This document shows, piece by piece, positions 36,601 to 49,000 of a stretch of 64,000 bases of DNA. The position numbers and the translations under genes were made by a program. The notes under the pieces are model-generated. The model was not told the origin of the DNA, ran no database searches, and saw only the letters and a list, made by a program, of their open reading frames with translations. This stretch comes from Leucoraja ocellata. Its lineage: Eukaryota. The stretch spans positions 4,588,001-4,652,000 of the forward strand of contig JAWMAR010000070.1 in assembly GCA_036785375.1 (NCBI GenBank), written 5' to 3'. Each line of letters begins with the position of its first letter. Position 1 is the stretch's first letter.

Positions 36601-36952
36601 GAGTGGCTAAAGCAGCTGAAATACAAACGTGTATAGGTCCATGGATAGGGAAGGTTTGGGGAGATATGGATCGAGCGTGGGCAAATTTGAATAACTTAGA
36701 TGAGCATATTGGTCTAACGCGTTGGGGAGAAGGGCCTGTTTCCTGCTGTGTGACTCTGTGAACATCTGGCCCAACCATTTGTTAAATATAACCCCGAGCC
36801 TTTCACACCACATCATGTCGAGCTGCTACTGGCTCACTGTGGTTCAGGATCTGACGTCCTGGTCCCTTCTTCCTCATTACTATTTGAGAGATGCGGATGT
36901 ATCTGAGAACTCAGAGCTGAGCGACAGGCAGACAAGTGCTGGTCTTGTCACT

Positions 36953-37001
36953 ATGGATAAAACAATGTGGATTCCCATTCTTCTCATCTCCTCGCTGCCC
37001 G
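36953..37001 (+). CDS. Gene C leader exon (MDKTMWIPILLISSLP)
   Basis: ATG...CCC G|gtgagt; same peptide as the gene B leader. Confidence 0.88.
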
Positions 37002-40000
37002 GTGAGTGAAAGCCAGATGTTGATATTCCAATGATCAATGTTAGTTGGGGTCCCGTGCACTTTTTCCACAGCACAGATGGTTAAGTGTGTGTAGACATGT
37101 AATGGGGGAAATGAAACTCAGTGCATTGTGGTGATGGATCTGAAATCACATTTGAATATCTAGACTATGTTCGTGTTTAACAACTCTCTAATTGCATTAT
37201 GAGGCTAGTTTAAATTGAGAATATAAACTGTCCCAGATCAGCAGCGGGACATTTGGCTCCCAATTCAGTTTAGTTTATTGTCACGTGCACCGAGGTACAG
37301 TGAAAAGTATTTTTGTTGCTTGCTAACCAGCCAGCAGAAAGACAATACGTGATTACAATCGATGCTCATACAGTGCATAGAAAGGAAATAACGTTTAGTG
37401 TAAGATAAAGTCAGCAAAGTATGATCAAGGGCAGTCCGAGGGTCATCAGAGAGGTTAGATGGGAGTTCAGCGCCGCTCTCTGTTCCTGGTTGGATGATTC
37501 AGATGCCTGATAACAGCTGGGAAGAAACTGTCCCTGAATCTGGCGGTGTGCGTTTTCACGCTAGTAACGCTCTCCAGTAAGGGACCCGCTAAATTGTAAC
37601 CCGTCCGTCCTCTGTCCTCAGTCAGGTCGTTGTAAAGGCGGTGAATGTCTAAACACGGATCCGGTCCAGTGTCGGTTGAGAGATGAATGTCGACAGCGTA
37701 GCCGGCGGCACCGCCAATGAAATAGCAAAGTGGGGTATTTCTGTAGGGTGAGAGGCCGGGCACGGCATGGGATTGTTGAAAGGCAGCTCCTGCAACACTG
37801 CCGCGCTCCCTCAGTACCGCACTGCGATCCCAGCCCAGTTTCTTCTCAGGGATCTGGAGTGGGAAGTGAACCCAAATTGTACTGACCCGGGGACAGAACA
37901 CTGACACAACTGGTTCAATAACAGCACTGCCTGCACTTCAGACCGGAGACATTGGCCGTGAAGCAATATGACACATCATGGAACGATTTAAGTTTTCTTT
38001 CATGTAATCTTCAAAATGTATCTATTTCCATTAAACAGTTCATCTGCTCTCCATCTGAAAGTTTCTCCCCTCAGTTTCAGGTGCAGTGCGGGGAGAGACG
38101 TATGTAACAGGAGTTGTGGGAAGAGCGATCTCAATCGATTGTCACTATGAACAATGGTACCGCTCACACACAAAATACTGGTGCGGCTGGAGTGGTGGCC
38201 GATGTACAATTATAGTGGAAACAAATGGGCAACACGGACGGAGTGGAAGAGTGTCAATCACAGATAAACCGGCACTAAGAATATTTACTGTGACTGTGGA
38301 TGATCTTCACTCTGGAGATACAGGATGGTACAGATGTGGAATTACAACATCTGGCGTTAATCCAATGTTTGACGTACATCTCCAAGTATCTGACGGTACG
38401 TTTCGCAGCGATTGACTTGACGTCTCCACTGAAATGCCTGATCCATGTTTTCTCCGGGAAGGGTCAGGGCAGCACCGATATCCCGAGGCTCCGCAGCAGT
38501 GCAGAGACCTGCGGGGAGCGGGCGGGGGTCGGGAAACCCCACTCATGTTGCTCTCATCCAGTGCGGGCTCTGTCCCACTGAGCGGCCACCCACTTCAAGT
38601 GGGATGCTCAACACATTTTCCTGCCTCTGAACTGTATGAAATGTCACCCTGTCAGAGGTTTGCATTCCCACTCAAACTAATAATCCGAGAGATCAGTGAG
38701 AAACAAGTATTGCTTACGGTCTGAATACCCGGAGAATAATAAACCGGGCATCAGTCCCCAGAGCTCAACAGACTGCGTTCAGTCCACCCGGGGCAGGCCA
38801 ACCCGCTCCCCGCCCACACCTCAGGGATCAGTCACTTCCTCCCCACCCCGCGCTCTCTCTCTCCCTCTGCCAGGTCAATGCGCCCCCACCCCCACAGCCA
38901 CTGTCCACCCACCGCCCGGCAGTCAGCCAGCCTCTCCACACGGACATTTCCCCGGTGGTAATTCATCTTTCGCCCCATCAGCCGTCGCACACAGCACACA
39001 GTCCTCCGAAATTTTCGCCACCTCCAACGGGATCCCACAACTAGCCACATCTTCCATCTCCACCGCTTTCTGCTTTCCGATGACATCGTTCCCACCGCAA
39101 CTCCCAGGTCAACTCGGCTTTACTCACCCAAACCACCCCGTCCCCAGGTGCCTTCCCCTACAACTGCAGCAGATGCAACACCTGTCCCTATACCTTCTCC
39201 GTCTACTCCGTCCAAGGATACAAACAGTCTTTTCGGGCGAGGCAGAGGTTCACTTGCATCTCCTCCAACCTCATCAACTACATCCGCTGTTCCAGGTGTG
39301 AACTCCTATATATCGGCGAGACCACGCGCAGACTCCGCTCAGTCAGCCTCAAACTACGCTATGTCCCGATTGCTAAACAGTTTAATTCCCCCTCTCATTC
39401 CCAAACTCACCTTTCTGGCCTGGACCTCCTCCACTGTCAGAGTGAGGTCAAAGACAAATTGGAGGAACAGAACCTCATATTTCTCTTGGGCAGCTTACAC
39501 CCCAGTGCTTTGAGCGACAGGATACAAGACAAGTCAAGTTTATTTGTCACAAGATGTGCAGTGAAATGAAAGTGTCAATGCCAGCGGATTGTGCACAAAC
39601 TGCACAACAGAATAGAATAGAATCAGTATTTACATGTTAGAAAAGATTTTTTTTGTAAAGCCACAACACAACAGTAAACTAGTCCCTGGTGAGATAAGAC
39701 TTTAAAGTCCTGATGGCCTGTGAGAAGAAACTCCGTCTCATCCTCTCTGTTTTCACAGCATGACAGCGGTGGCGTTTGCCTGACCGTAGCAGCTGAAACA
39801 GTCCGTTGTTGGGGTGGTAGGGGTCCCCCAGAATGTTGCTGGCTCTGGATCTGCACCTCCTGGTGTCTACGTCCTGCAGGGGGGCGAGTGTAGTTCCCAT
39901 AGTACGTTCGGCCGAACGCACTGCTCTCTGCAGAGCTTTCCTGTCCAGGGTAGAGCTGTTCCCAAACCAGACTGTGATGTTGCCGGACAAGATTCTTTCT

Positions 40001-43000
40001 ACAGCCAGAGTCGAAGCGCTGGAGGATCCTCAGAGAGACTCTGAATTTCCTCAGCTGCCTGGGGTGGTAAAGGCGCTGCCTTGCCTTACTCACCAGTGCG
40101 GCAATGTGTGTTGTCCATGTCAGATCCTCCGTGATGTGGACTCCCAGGTGTTTAAAGCAGCTCGTGTGCTGGCCTTGTCATTATGGATAAAACAATGGAC
40201 TTCAAGTAACTCTTGCTTTACTCCTCTCCATCCCGCCCCATCCTAGTTCTCCAATTAGTTTCACTGTCATCCTGGTTATATTTTACTGATTGCATGCCTC
40301 GTTGTCACCTTCCCTTCAATCAACAATGATCCATTCTACATTTTCTTTTAACTTTGTCACCTTCGATCACTTGTTTTCACACCTTACCCTTCCATTTCTC
40401 CCTGTCCCTGTCCCACGACTCTCATAGAAACATAGAAATTAGGTGTAAGAGAAGGCCATTCGGCCCTTCGAGCCTGCAACGCCATTCAATATGATCATGG
40501 CTGATCATCCAACATATAGCATCCCGTACCTGCCTTCTCCCCATACTCCCTGATCCCTTTAGCCACAAGGGCCACATCTAACTCCCTTTTAAATATAGCC
40601 AATGAACTGGCCTCAACTACCTCCTGTGGCAGAGAATTCTCAAGCTGAAGAAGGGTCTGGACCCGAAACGTCACCCATTCCTTCTCTCGAGAGATGCTGC
40701 CTACTCCGCTGAGTTACTCCAGCATTTTGTGTCTATCTTAAAGGGATCGTAATTAATTTTCACCTTAAAATTCCAACGCATTGAACAGGATTTTTGGTAC
40801 GCTGGGCTTCATCAGTGAGATCATTCAGAACATAATTTGAGATAATATGCTTCAGATTTGCAGATGTCGAGTCCACACTATGGGAATTGTGTTCAGCTTT
40901 AGTCCCTCAGCTCCAAGAAAAGTGCCGTTGAGGTGGACAGCGTGCAGAAAGGTTTTAGGGCGACGCTGCCTGGACAGGATGTGATTGACGCAGGGAGCGA
41001 TTGGACAAACTCAGACTTCATTCCTTGATGTGGAAATGATTGAGCGAGGAACTTATAGAAATGTATCCATCACGTGAAGCATGTTCATTATCCCACGATG
41101 TGTGGGATGAGGAAGTGGAGGACAGACGTAATGGGAACTATTTCAAGATGAGGGAATAGTAAAGTGTCACTTACTGTAATGGCATGTTTTGTACAGATGA
41201 GTGGCCGAAGCTGAACACAATTCGCCCAAGTTCGACCTCAACAACATATGTACAACTGAAACATAACATCCCAACTTCTGTTCTGAGGGACAACATTCGC
41301 TACACATTGGGTGATATTTATATGGTACCTGCCGCCAGAGGAAGTTGTTGAGGCAGTTAGAATAACAGCAGTTAAAATACATTTTAGGACAGTTGCATAG
41401 ATTGGGATCATTGCGAGTAATAAGGGAGAAACGTGGACATATTGCTATGGCCTAGAAAGACATGTTGGTCGGCATGAATGAGCTGTTGTGATGGGCGTCT
41501 TTCGGTTCTCTATAACTCTAACCTTCTCCAGTTTCTGGGCTTTGCACACTCACAGATGAGCCGGTGAGATATCAACCGGACGGTTCGGGCTGAGATAAAG
41601 GGCTGCTGAGATTTAGCATGTGTTTGGTTTTGAACTGTTCATACAGGTGACTGAATGTTTGCTCCATTCCCACAGAACCCGTGTCTGCTCCTGTGCTCAG
41701 ATATCTGTCACCAGCAAATGCCTCACGTCTCGGAGGCTCAGTGTCAGTGTCGTGTGAGTCTGTCAGTGGATCCCTTCCCATCAATTACGCATGGTGTGAG
41801 AGGAACGAGCGTGGGTGTTCAACGACCTTGTCTGGCAATCAACTGGACCTGAGTTGTGAAATCCTCGGAGGTCAACGTCGTCAATATTACTGCACAGCCA
41901 CAAATAATGTTGGGATAAAATACAGTGAAATACTCAACGTGAAATTCTTCAAAGGAGCAGGAACGTGCAGTTATGTGACAGAAATGAACAATGCTGGTGA
42001 GTGTTATTTTCCCGTTGGAATATTGTTTCACAATTCCTCTCGTGTTCTTGTAGCTGCTGCTTTTCACCTTGTGGTGATGGTCTAAATGTTCTTATGTTTT
42101 TTTGGTCATTTTCGTCTTATTCTCTCTTGTGTATAATTCTTTATATAATTTATTTAGTCACATGAGCAAAAAACATAATCACTCAAAATAATTTCATTCA
42201 CCCTTGGGTGAACCATTCATCAGTTTTAAGAAGCACTGGCCTAGGCCACAGTTTCGCTGAACACTTGTGCTTGGTCTGTCATGACCCAGAATCGCGCTTG
42301 ATAGACACTCCATCCTCAACCTCCCCGCTGATGCAGAGCAGCAGCACTTTGCACCATCTGCACGTGGACTCACCAAGACTCACAAAGACTCCCTAGACAG
42401 CACCTTCCAATTGCAACAGGCTCCGTGTTCAATGCATCATTCTTCACCATTCACACCCACATTGGCTGGGAAGCGCTTTGGAACGACCTGTGCAGATGGT
42501 GAGGGACGGTATACAGTATCCGTCTCTCATCGCAATCTAGGTGGAATTCAAGGTTACACAGAAAAGCTGGAGAAACTCAGCCGGTGCAGCAGCATCTATG
42601 GAGCGAAGGAAATAGGCAACGTTTCGGGCCGAAACCCTTCTTCAGACTGATCGGGGGTGGGGGTGGGTGGGGACAAGAAAGGAAAAGGAGGAGTAGCCAG
42701 AAGGCTGGAGGGTGGGAGGAGACAGCAGGGGAGCTGAGGAAGGGGAGGAGACAGCAAGGACTAACAGAATTGGGAGAATTCGATGTTCATGCCCCCGGGG
42801 TGCAGACTCCCCAAACGGAATATGAGGTGCTGTTCCTCCAATTTCCGGTGCTGCTCGCTGTGGCCATGGAGGAGGCCCAGGACAGAGAGGTCGGAGGCGG
42901 AGTGGGAGGGGGAGTTGAAGTGCTGAGCCACCGGGAGGTCAGCTTGGTTATTGCGGACCGAGCGGAGGTGTTCGGCGAAACGATCGCCCAACCTCCGCTT

Positions 43001-46000
43001 GGTCTCACCGATATAGATCTGCTGACATCTAGAGCAGCGGACGCAATAGATGAGGTTGGAAGAGATGCAGGTAAGCTAGGTGGAATTCAACACAGTTAAG
43101 AAAACGATTGCGCGGACTCCCATGTACACATTGACGCATACTATAATGTGAAAGGCTAATTTTGCTCTTCAATTTATGAAATATGTTTCCTTCAGTTTCA
43201 GGTGCACTGTGGGCGGAGAGCGAAGTAAGAGGGATTGTGGGAAGAGCGATCACAATCGATTGTCACTATGCAGCAGTGTACCGCTCACACACAAAATACT
43301 GGTGCCATGAGACAAGTCGCCAGTGTATACATGTAGGTGAAACAAATGGGAAACGTGGACAGAGAGGAAGAGTGTCAATCACAGATAACCCGGCACGGGG
43401 AATATTTACTCTGACTGTGGAGGATCTTCACTCTGGAGATACAGGATGGTACAGATGTGGAATTACTACACCTGGCGAACCAACATTTAAAGTACATCTC
43501 CAAGTATCTGAAGGTAGGTTTCTCAATGAGGAACTTTATGTCTCCACTTTGGCATCCGCACAAACCATTTGTTAGGTGGGAGTCTGGTGCTCAGTTCTAG
43601 TCCCTGCTTTATAAAACAAAAGATGTGGAAGCTTTGGAGAGGTTACAGAAAATGTCACCGGGATATTTAGATGTAGTTTACAAATGCAACATGGAAACGA
43701 ATCCTTTGGCCCACCGATCCACACCGACTTGAGATCACCGGTCACACTAGTTCTATGTTGTTCCACTTTCCCATTCGCTCGTTACACACAATTCTAAAAA
43801 ACCGGCATTCACGCACCTCAATAGTGCAACACTAGATGGGTGACCAAGCGTAGACCTGGAGAAACATGACATGAGTCCCCAGAACTCAACAGACTGCGTT
43901 CTGTCCTCCCGGAGCAGGCCAGCCCATTCCCCGCCCACACCTCAGGGATCACGCCCCCCCCCCCCCCCCCCCCCCCCGATCTCCACCTCGCTCTCTCTCT
44001 CACCCTCCCTCTGACCCGTCAATGCGCCACATCTTTCCATCTCCACCGCTTTTTGCTTTCCGAAGAGATCGTTCCCTCAGCAACTCCCTGGTCAACTCGT
44101 CCTTTCCAACCCGAACCACCCCGTGCCCAGGTACCTTCCCCGACAACTGCAGCGGGTGCAACACCTGTCCCGATACCTCCTCCGTCCATTCCGTCCAAGG
44201 ACTCCAACAGTCTTTTCAGGTGAGGCAGAGGTTCACTTGCATCTCCTCTATCCTCATCTATTCTATCCGCTGTTCCAGGTGTGAACAAGTAGATACAGTA
44301 GATGGGAGACCAAGCGCAGACTCGGCGATCGCTTCGCTGAACATCTCCGCTTAGTCTGCCTCGGCCTACGCTACTTCCCGATTGCTAAACACTTTAATCC
44401 CCCCCTCCCATTCCCAAACTCACCTTTCTGTTCAGGGCCTCCTCCACTGTCAGAGTGAGGTCAAACGAAAATTGGCGGAACAGCACCTCATAATTCGCTT
44501 GGGCAGTTTACAATCCAGCGGTTAGAATATTGACTTATCTAACTTCAAGTAACCCTTGCTTTACCCCAGTCTCCGTCCCGCCCCGTCCTAGATTGCCATT
44601 TAGTTTCACTGTCCTCCTGATTATATTTTACTGATTGTATGCCTCGTTGTCACATTCCCTTCAGCTGACAATGATCCATTCTACATTTTATTTTTACATT
44701 TTCACCTTTGATCACTTGTTTTCACACCTTACCATTCCATTTATCTTCTGTCTCCCTTTCTCATGACTATCGGGCTGAAGAAGGTTCACGGCCCGAAACG
44801 TCCCCCATTCCTTCTCTCGAGAGAACCAAACACAAATTTACTCCAGCATTTTGTGTCTATCTTAAATGGATCGTAATTAATTTTCGCCAAGGGATTGAAT
44901 AGGGTTTTTGGTACGCTGGTCTTCATCAGTAAGAACATTCAGAACAAAATTTGAGATAATCTGCTTCAGACGTGCAGATGTTGAGTCCACACTTTGGGAA
45001 TTGTGTTCAGCTTTAGTCCCTCAGCTCCAAGAAAAGTGCCGTTGAGGTGGACAGCGTGCAGAAAGGTTTTAGGGCGACGCTGCCTGGACAGGATGTGATT
45101 GACGCAGGGAGCGATTGGACAAACTCAGACTTCATTCCTTGGTGTGGAAATGATTGAGCGAGGAACTTATAGAAATGTATCAATCACGAGAAGCATGTTC
45201 ATTTTCCCACGATGTGTGGGATGAGGAAGTGGAGGACAGATGTAACGGGAACTAGTTAAAGAGGGGGGAATAGCAAGATGTAATTTACTGTAATGGCATG
45301 TTTCGTACAGATGAGTGGCCAAAGCTGAACACAATTCGTCCAAGTTCGACCTCAACAACATATGTACAACTGAAACATAACATCCCAACTTCTGTTCTGA
45401 GGGACAACATTCGCTACACATTGGGTGATATTTATATGGAACCTGCTGCCAGAGGAAGTTGTTTAGGCAGTCTGAATAACAGCATTTAAAATACATTTTA
45501 GGACAGTTACGTAGATTGGGATCATTGCGAGTGATAAGGGAGAAACGTGGACATATGGCTATGGCCTAGAAAGACATGTTGGTCGGCATGAATGAGCTGT
45601 TGTGATGGGCATCTTTCGGTTCTCTATAACTCTAACCTTCTCCAGTTTCTGGGCTTCGCACACTCACAGAGATGTAGATGAGCTGGTGAGATATCAACCG
45701 GACGGTTCAGGCTGAGATAAAGGGCTGCTGAGATTTAGCATGTGTTTGGTTTTTAACTGTTCATACAGGTGACTGAATGTTTGTTCCATTCCCACAGAAC
45801 CCGTGTCTGCTCCTGTGCTCAGATATCTGTCACCAGCAAATGCCTCACGTCTCGGAGGCTCAGTGTCAGTGACGTGTGAGTCTGTCCGTGGATCCCTTCC
45901 TATCCGTTACAGATGGTGTGAGAACGAGGATGGGTGTTCAACGACCTTGTCTGGCAATCAACTGGATCTGAGTTGTGAAATCCTCGGAGGTCGACACCGT

Positions 46001-49000
46001 CAATATTACTGCAGAGCCTCAAATACTCGTGGGATAAAATACAGTGAAAATCTCAACGTGAAAGTCTTCAAAGGAGCAGCCACGTGCAGTTATGTGACAG
46101 AAATGAACAATACAGGTGAGTGTTATTTTCCCGTGGGAATACAGTTTCACAATTCCTCTCGTGTTCTTGTAGCTGCTGCTTTTCACCTTGTGGTGATGGT
46201 CGTGGGTTTCTAGGTATTTGCAGGCGGCATCATTGCAGCCACCGTGAGCTCATGGTGTAAAATGTGCGAGTTTGTTTGGGGGACTGGCAAATAATTGCCT
46301 GTTGCTTTCACCTGGGAGGTGTTGAGCTTCGAAAGGAGAGAGAGACCGGCACTTATCACAACGGGTCGAGAGCATTCCACCAAATTTCTGCCTAAAAATG
46401 ATTTTCTGGCTGCCGCTTAAGATCTCACATTCACTTTGAGACATCGAAAGCAATCAAATGCATTCTGTTTGGATCCATCATCATTTATAACCAAGGATGT
46501 ACAATTTCATCATCATGTTCATATTTTTCACTCTGTTAATTTGTGTGAATCACACGAACTCCAGTAATCTCACAAAATTAAAGTGGAATCTACTTGGCCG
46601 TCACTCCATCAAGTAGGTGTGGAGACGCTCACAGTCCAGAATAGAGTGTGAATGGTTTACAACAGCGAGACCAAGCGCAGCCAAGGCCAGTGCTTCTTAA
46701 ACTATTTCAGTTTCATTCACCCTTGAGTCTTTATCACAAAATTTCATTCACCCTCGACTAAATTTTCTTATGTTTTTTTGGTAATTTTCGTCTTATTCTC
46801 TCTTGTGTATAATTCTTTATATAATTTATTTAGTCACATGAGCAAAAAACATAATCACCCCAAAATAATTTCATTCACCCTTGGGTGAACCATTCATCAG
46901 TTTAAGAAGCACTGGCCTAGGCCACAGTTTCGCTAAACACTTGTGCTTGGTCTGTCATGACCCAGAATCGCGCTTGATAGACACCCCATCCTCAACCTCC
47001 CCCGCTGATGCAGAGCAGCAGCAGTTTACACCATCTGCACGCTGCACTGCAGCAACTCACCAAGACTCCCTAGACAGCGCCTTCCAATTGCATCAGGCTC
47101 CGTGTTCAATGCATCATTCTTCACCATTCACACCCACATTGGCTGGGAAGCGCTTTGGAACGACCTGTGCAGGTGGTGAGAGATGGTGAACAGTATCTGT
47201 CTCTCATCGCAATCTAGGTGGAATTCAACACAGTTAAGAAAATGATTGGGCGGACTCCCCTGTACACATTGATGTATACTATAATGTATATGTTTGTGGA
47301 AAGTTAATTTTGCTCTTCAATTTATGAAATATGTTTCCTTCAGTTTCAGGTGCACTGTGGGCTGAGAGCAAAGTAAGAGGGGTTGTGGGAAGAGCGATCA
47401 CAATCGATTGTCACTATGCAGCAGTGTACCGCTCACACACAAAATACTGGTGCCCTGGGACAAGTCGCCAGTGTACACATGTAGATGAAACAAATGGGAA
47501 ACATGGACAGAGCGGAAGAGTGTCAATCACAGATAACCCGGCACAAGGAATATTTACTGTGACTGTGGAGGATCTTCACTCTGGAGATACAGGATGGTAC
47601 AGATGTGGAATTACTGCACCTGGCGAACTAACATTTAAAGTATATCTCCAAGTATCTGAAGGTGGGTTTCTCAATGAGGGACTTTATGTCTCCACTTTGG
47701 CATCCGCACAAAACAGTTGTTAGGTGGGAGTCTGGTGCACAGTTCTGGTCCCCGCTTTATAAAACAAAAGATGTGGAAGGTTTGGAGAGGTTACAGAAAA
47801 TGTCACCGGGATATTTAGCTGTAGTTTACAAATGCAACATGGAAACGGATCCTTCGGCCCACCGAGTCCACACCGACTAGCGATCACTGGTCACACTAGT
47901 TCTATGTTATTCCACTTTCCCATTCGCTCCCTACACACAATTCTACAATACCGCCATTCACACACATCATTAGTGCAACAGTATCACCATCAACAATTTT
48001 ATACAAGGAAATTTAAAAAGTTGTTGAGAGTGATACTGTTGCACTAATGAAGTGTTTGAATGTTGGTATTGTAGAATTGTGGCAGAGATTCAGATTAAAA
48101 GATTAATTGTAGGAATTGTAAAACAAAGAGAGATGGTGCTGCTGTGTACTGGTCCAGTGGCAGACATGGTAGTTCTGGCACCTGGGAGAATGGAGAGACA
48201 CAGAGATGTATAAATCTGGTAAATGGATTGTCAGTCGATGGATCTTTCTGAAGGACAATTTGGCTGTTGCTTTGAAATGTAGTATCTGAGTAGCTGACAT
48301 TGTCCTCATCTGTGCTGGAGTGTGTCCCTGTCGATTTCCTATGAAATTGCATTTCTGCAACAGTTTGATTTTGATTCGACATATGGGCAGCTTCCTTGTT
48401 GCTTTGAATAGCCAACACTGTTGCATAAACGATGCTCCCTTTTCATAGTTATCCATATGCAAGGATATGGGGGAAGTTTTTTAGGACCGAGATGAGAAAA
48501 ACATTTTTCACACAGAGAGTGGTAAATCTCTGGAACTGTCTGCCACAGAAAGTAGTTGAGGCCAGCTCATTGGCTCTATTTAAGAGGGATTTAGATGTGG
48601 CCCTTGTGGCTATATGTATCAGGGGGTATGGAGAGAAGGCAGGTACAGGATACTGAGTTGGATATTCAGCCATGATCATATTGAATGGCGGTGCAGGCTC
48701 GAGGGGCTGAATGGCCTACTCCTGCACCTATTTTCTATGTTATATGTTTTCCTGCTGGTAATTTCTGAAATGTAAAAGAGAATCTAAGATTGTCTGATGA
48801 TTTGTCTGATTTGTGGTCAGTTTAAACCACCATGTTATCGGAAAGATGCTGACAAGTTGGATAGGGTGCAGAGAAGACTTAGAATGACTTGAGGGCCCGA
48901 CCTAGAGGGAGGAGTTGAGCAGTCTAGCACTTTACTTTTGGAAGCGCAGGAGGATGAGGGATGATCTTCAGGCAGGTAAAAAAAAAAACATGCAACGAAT

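Larger units (their letters stand above)
23690..38460 (+). repeat. Segmental duplication unit, copy 2
   Basis: See copy 1; a more diverged third copy of the 3' part lies at about 46870-61250. Confidence 0.9.
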
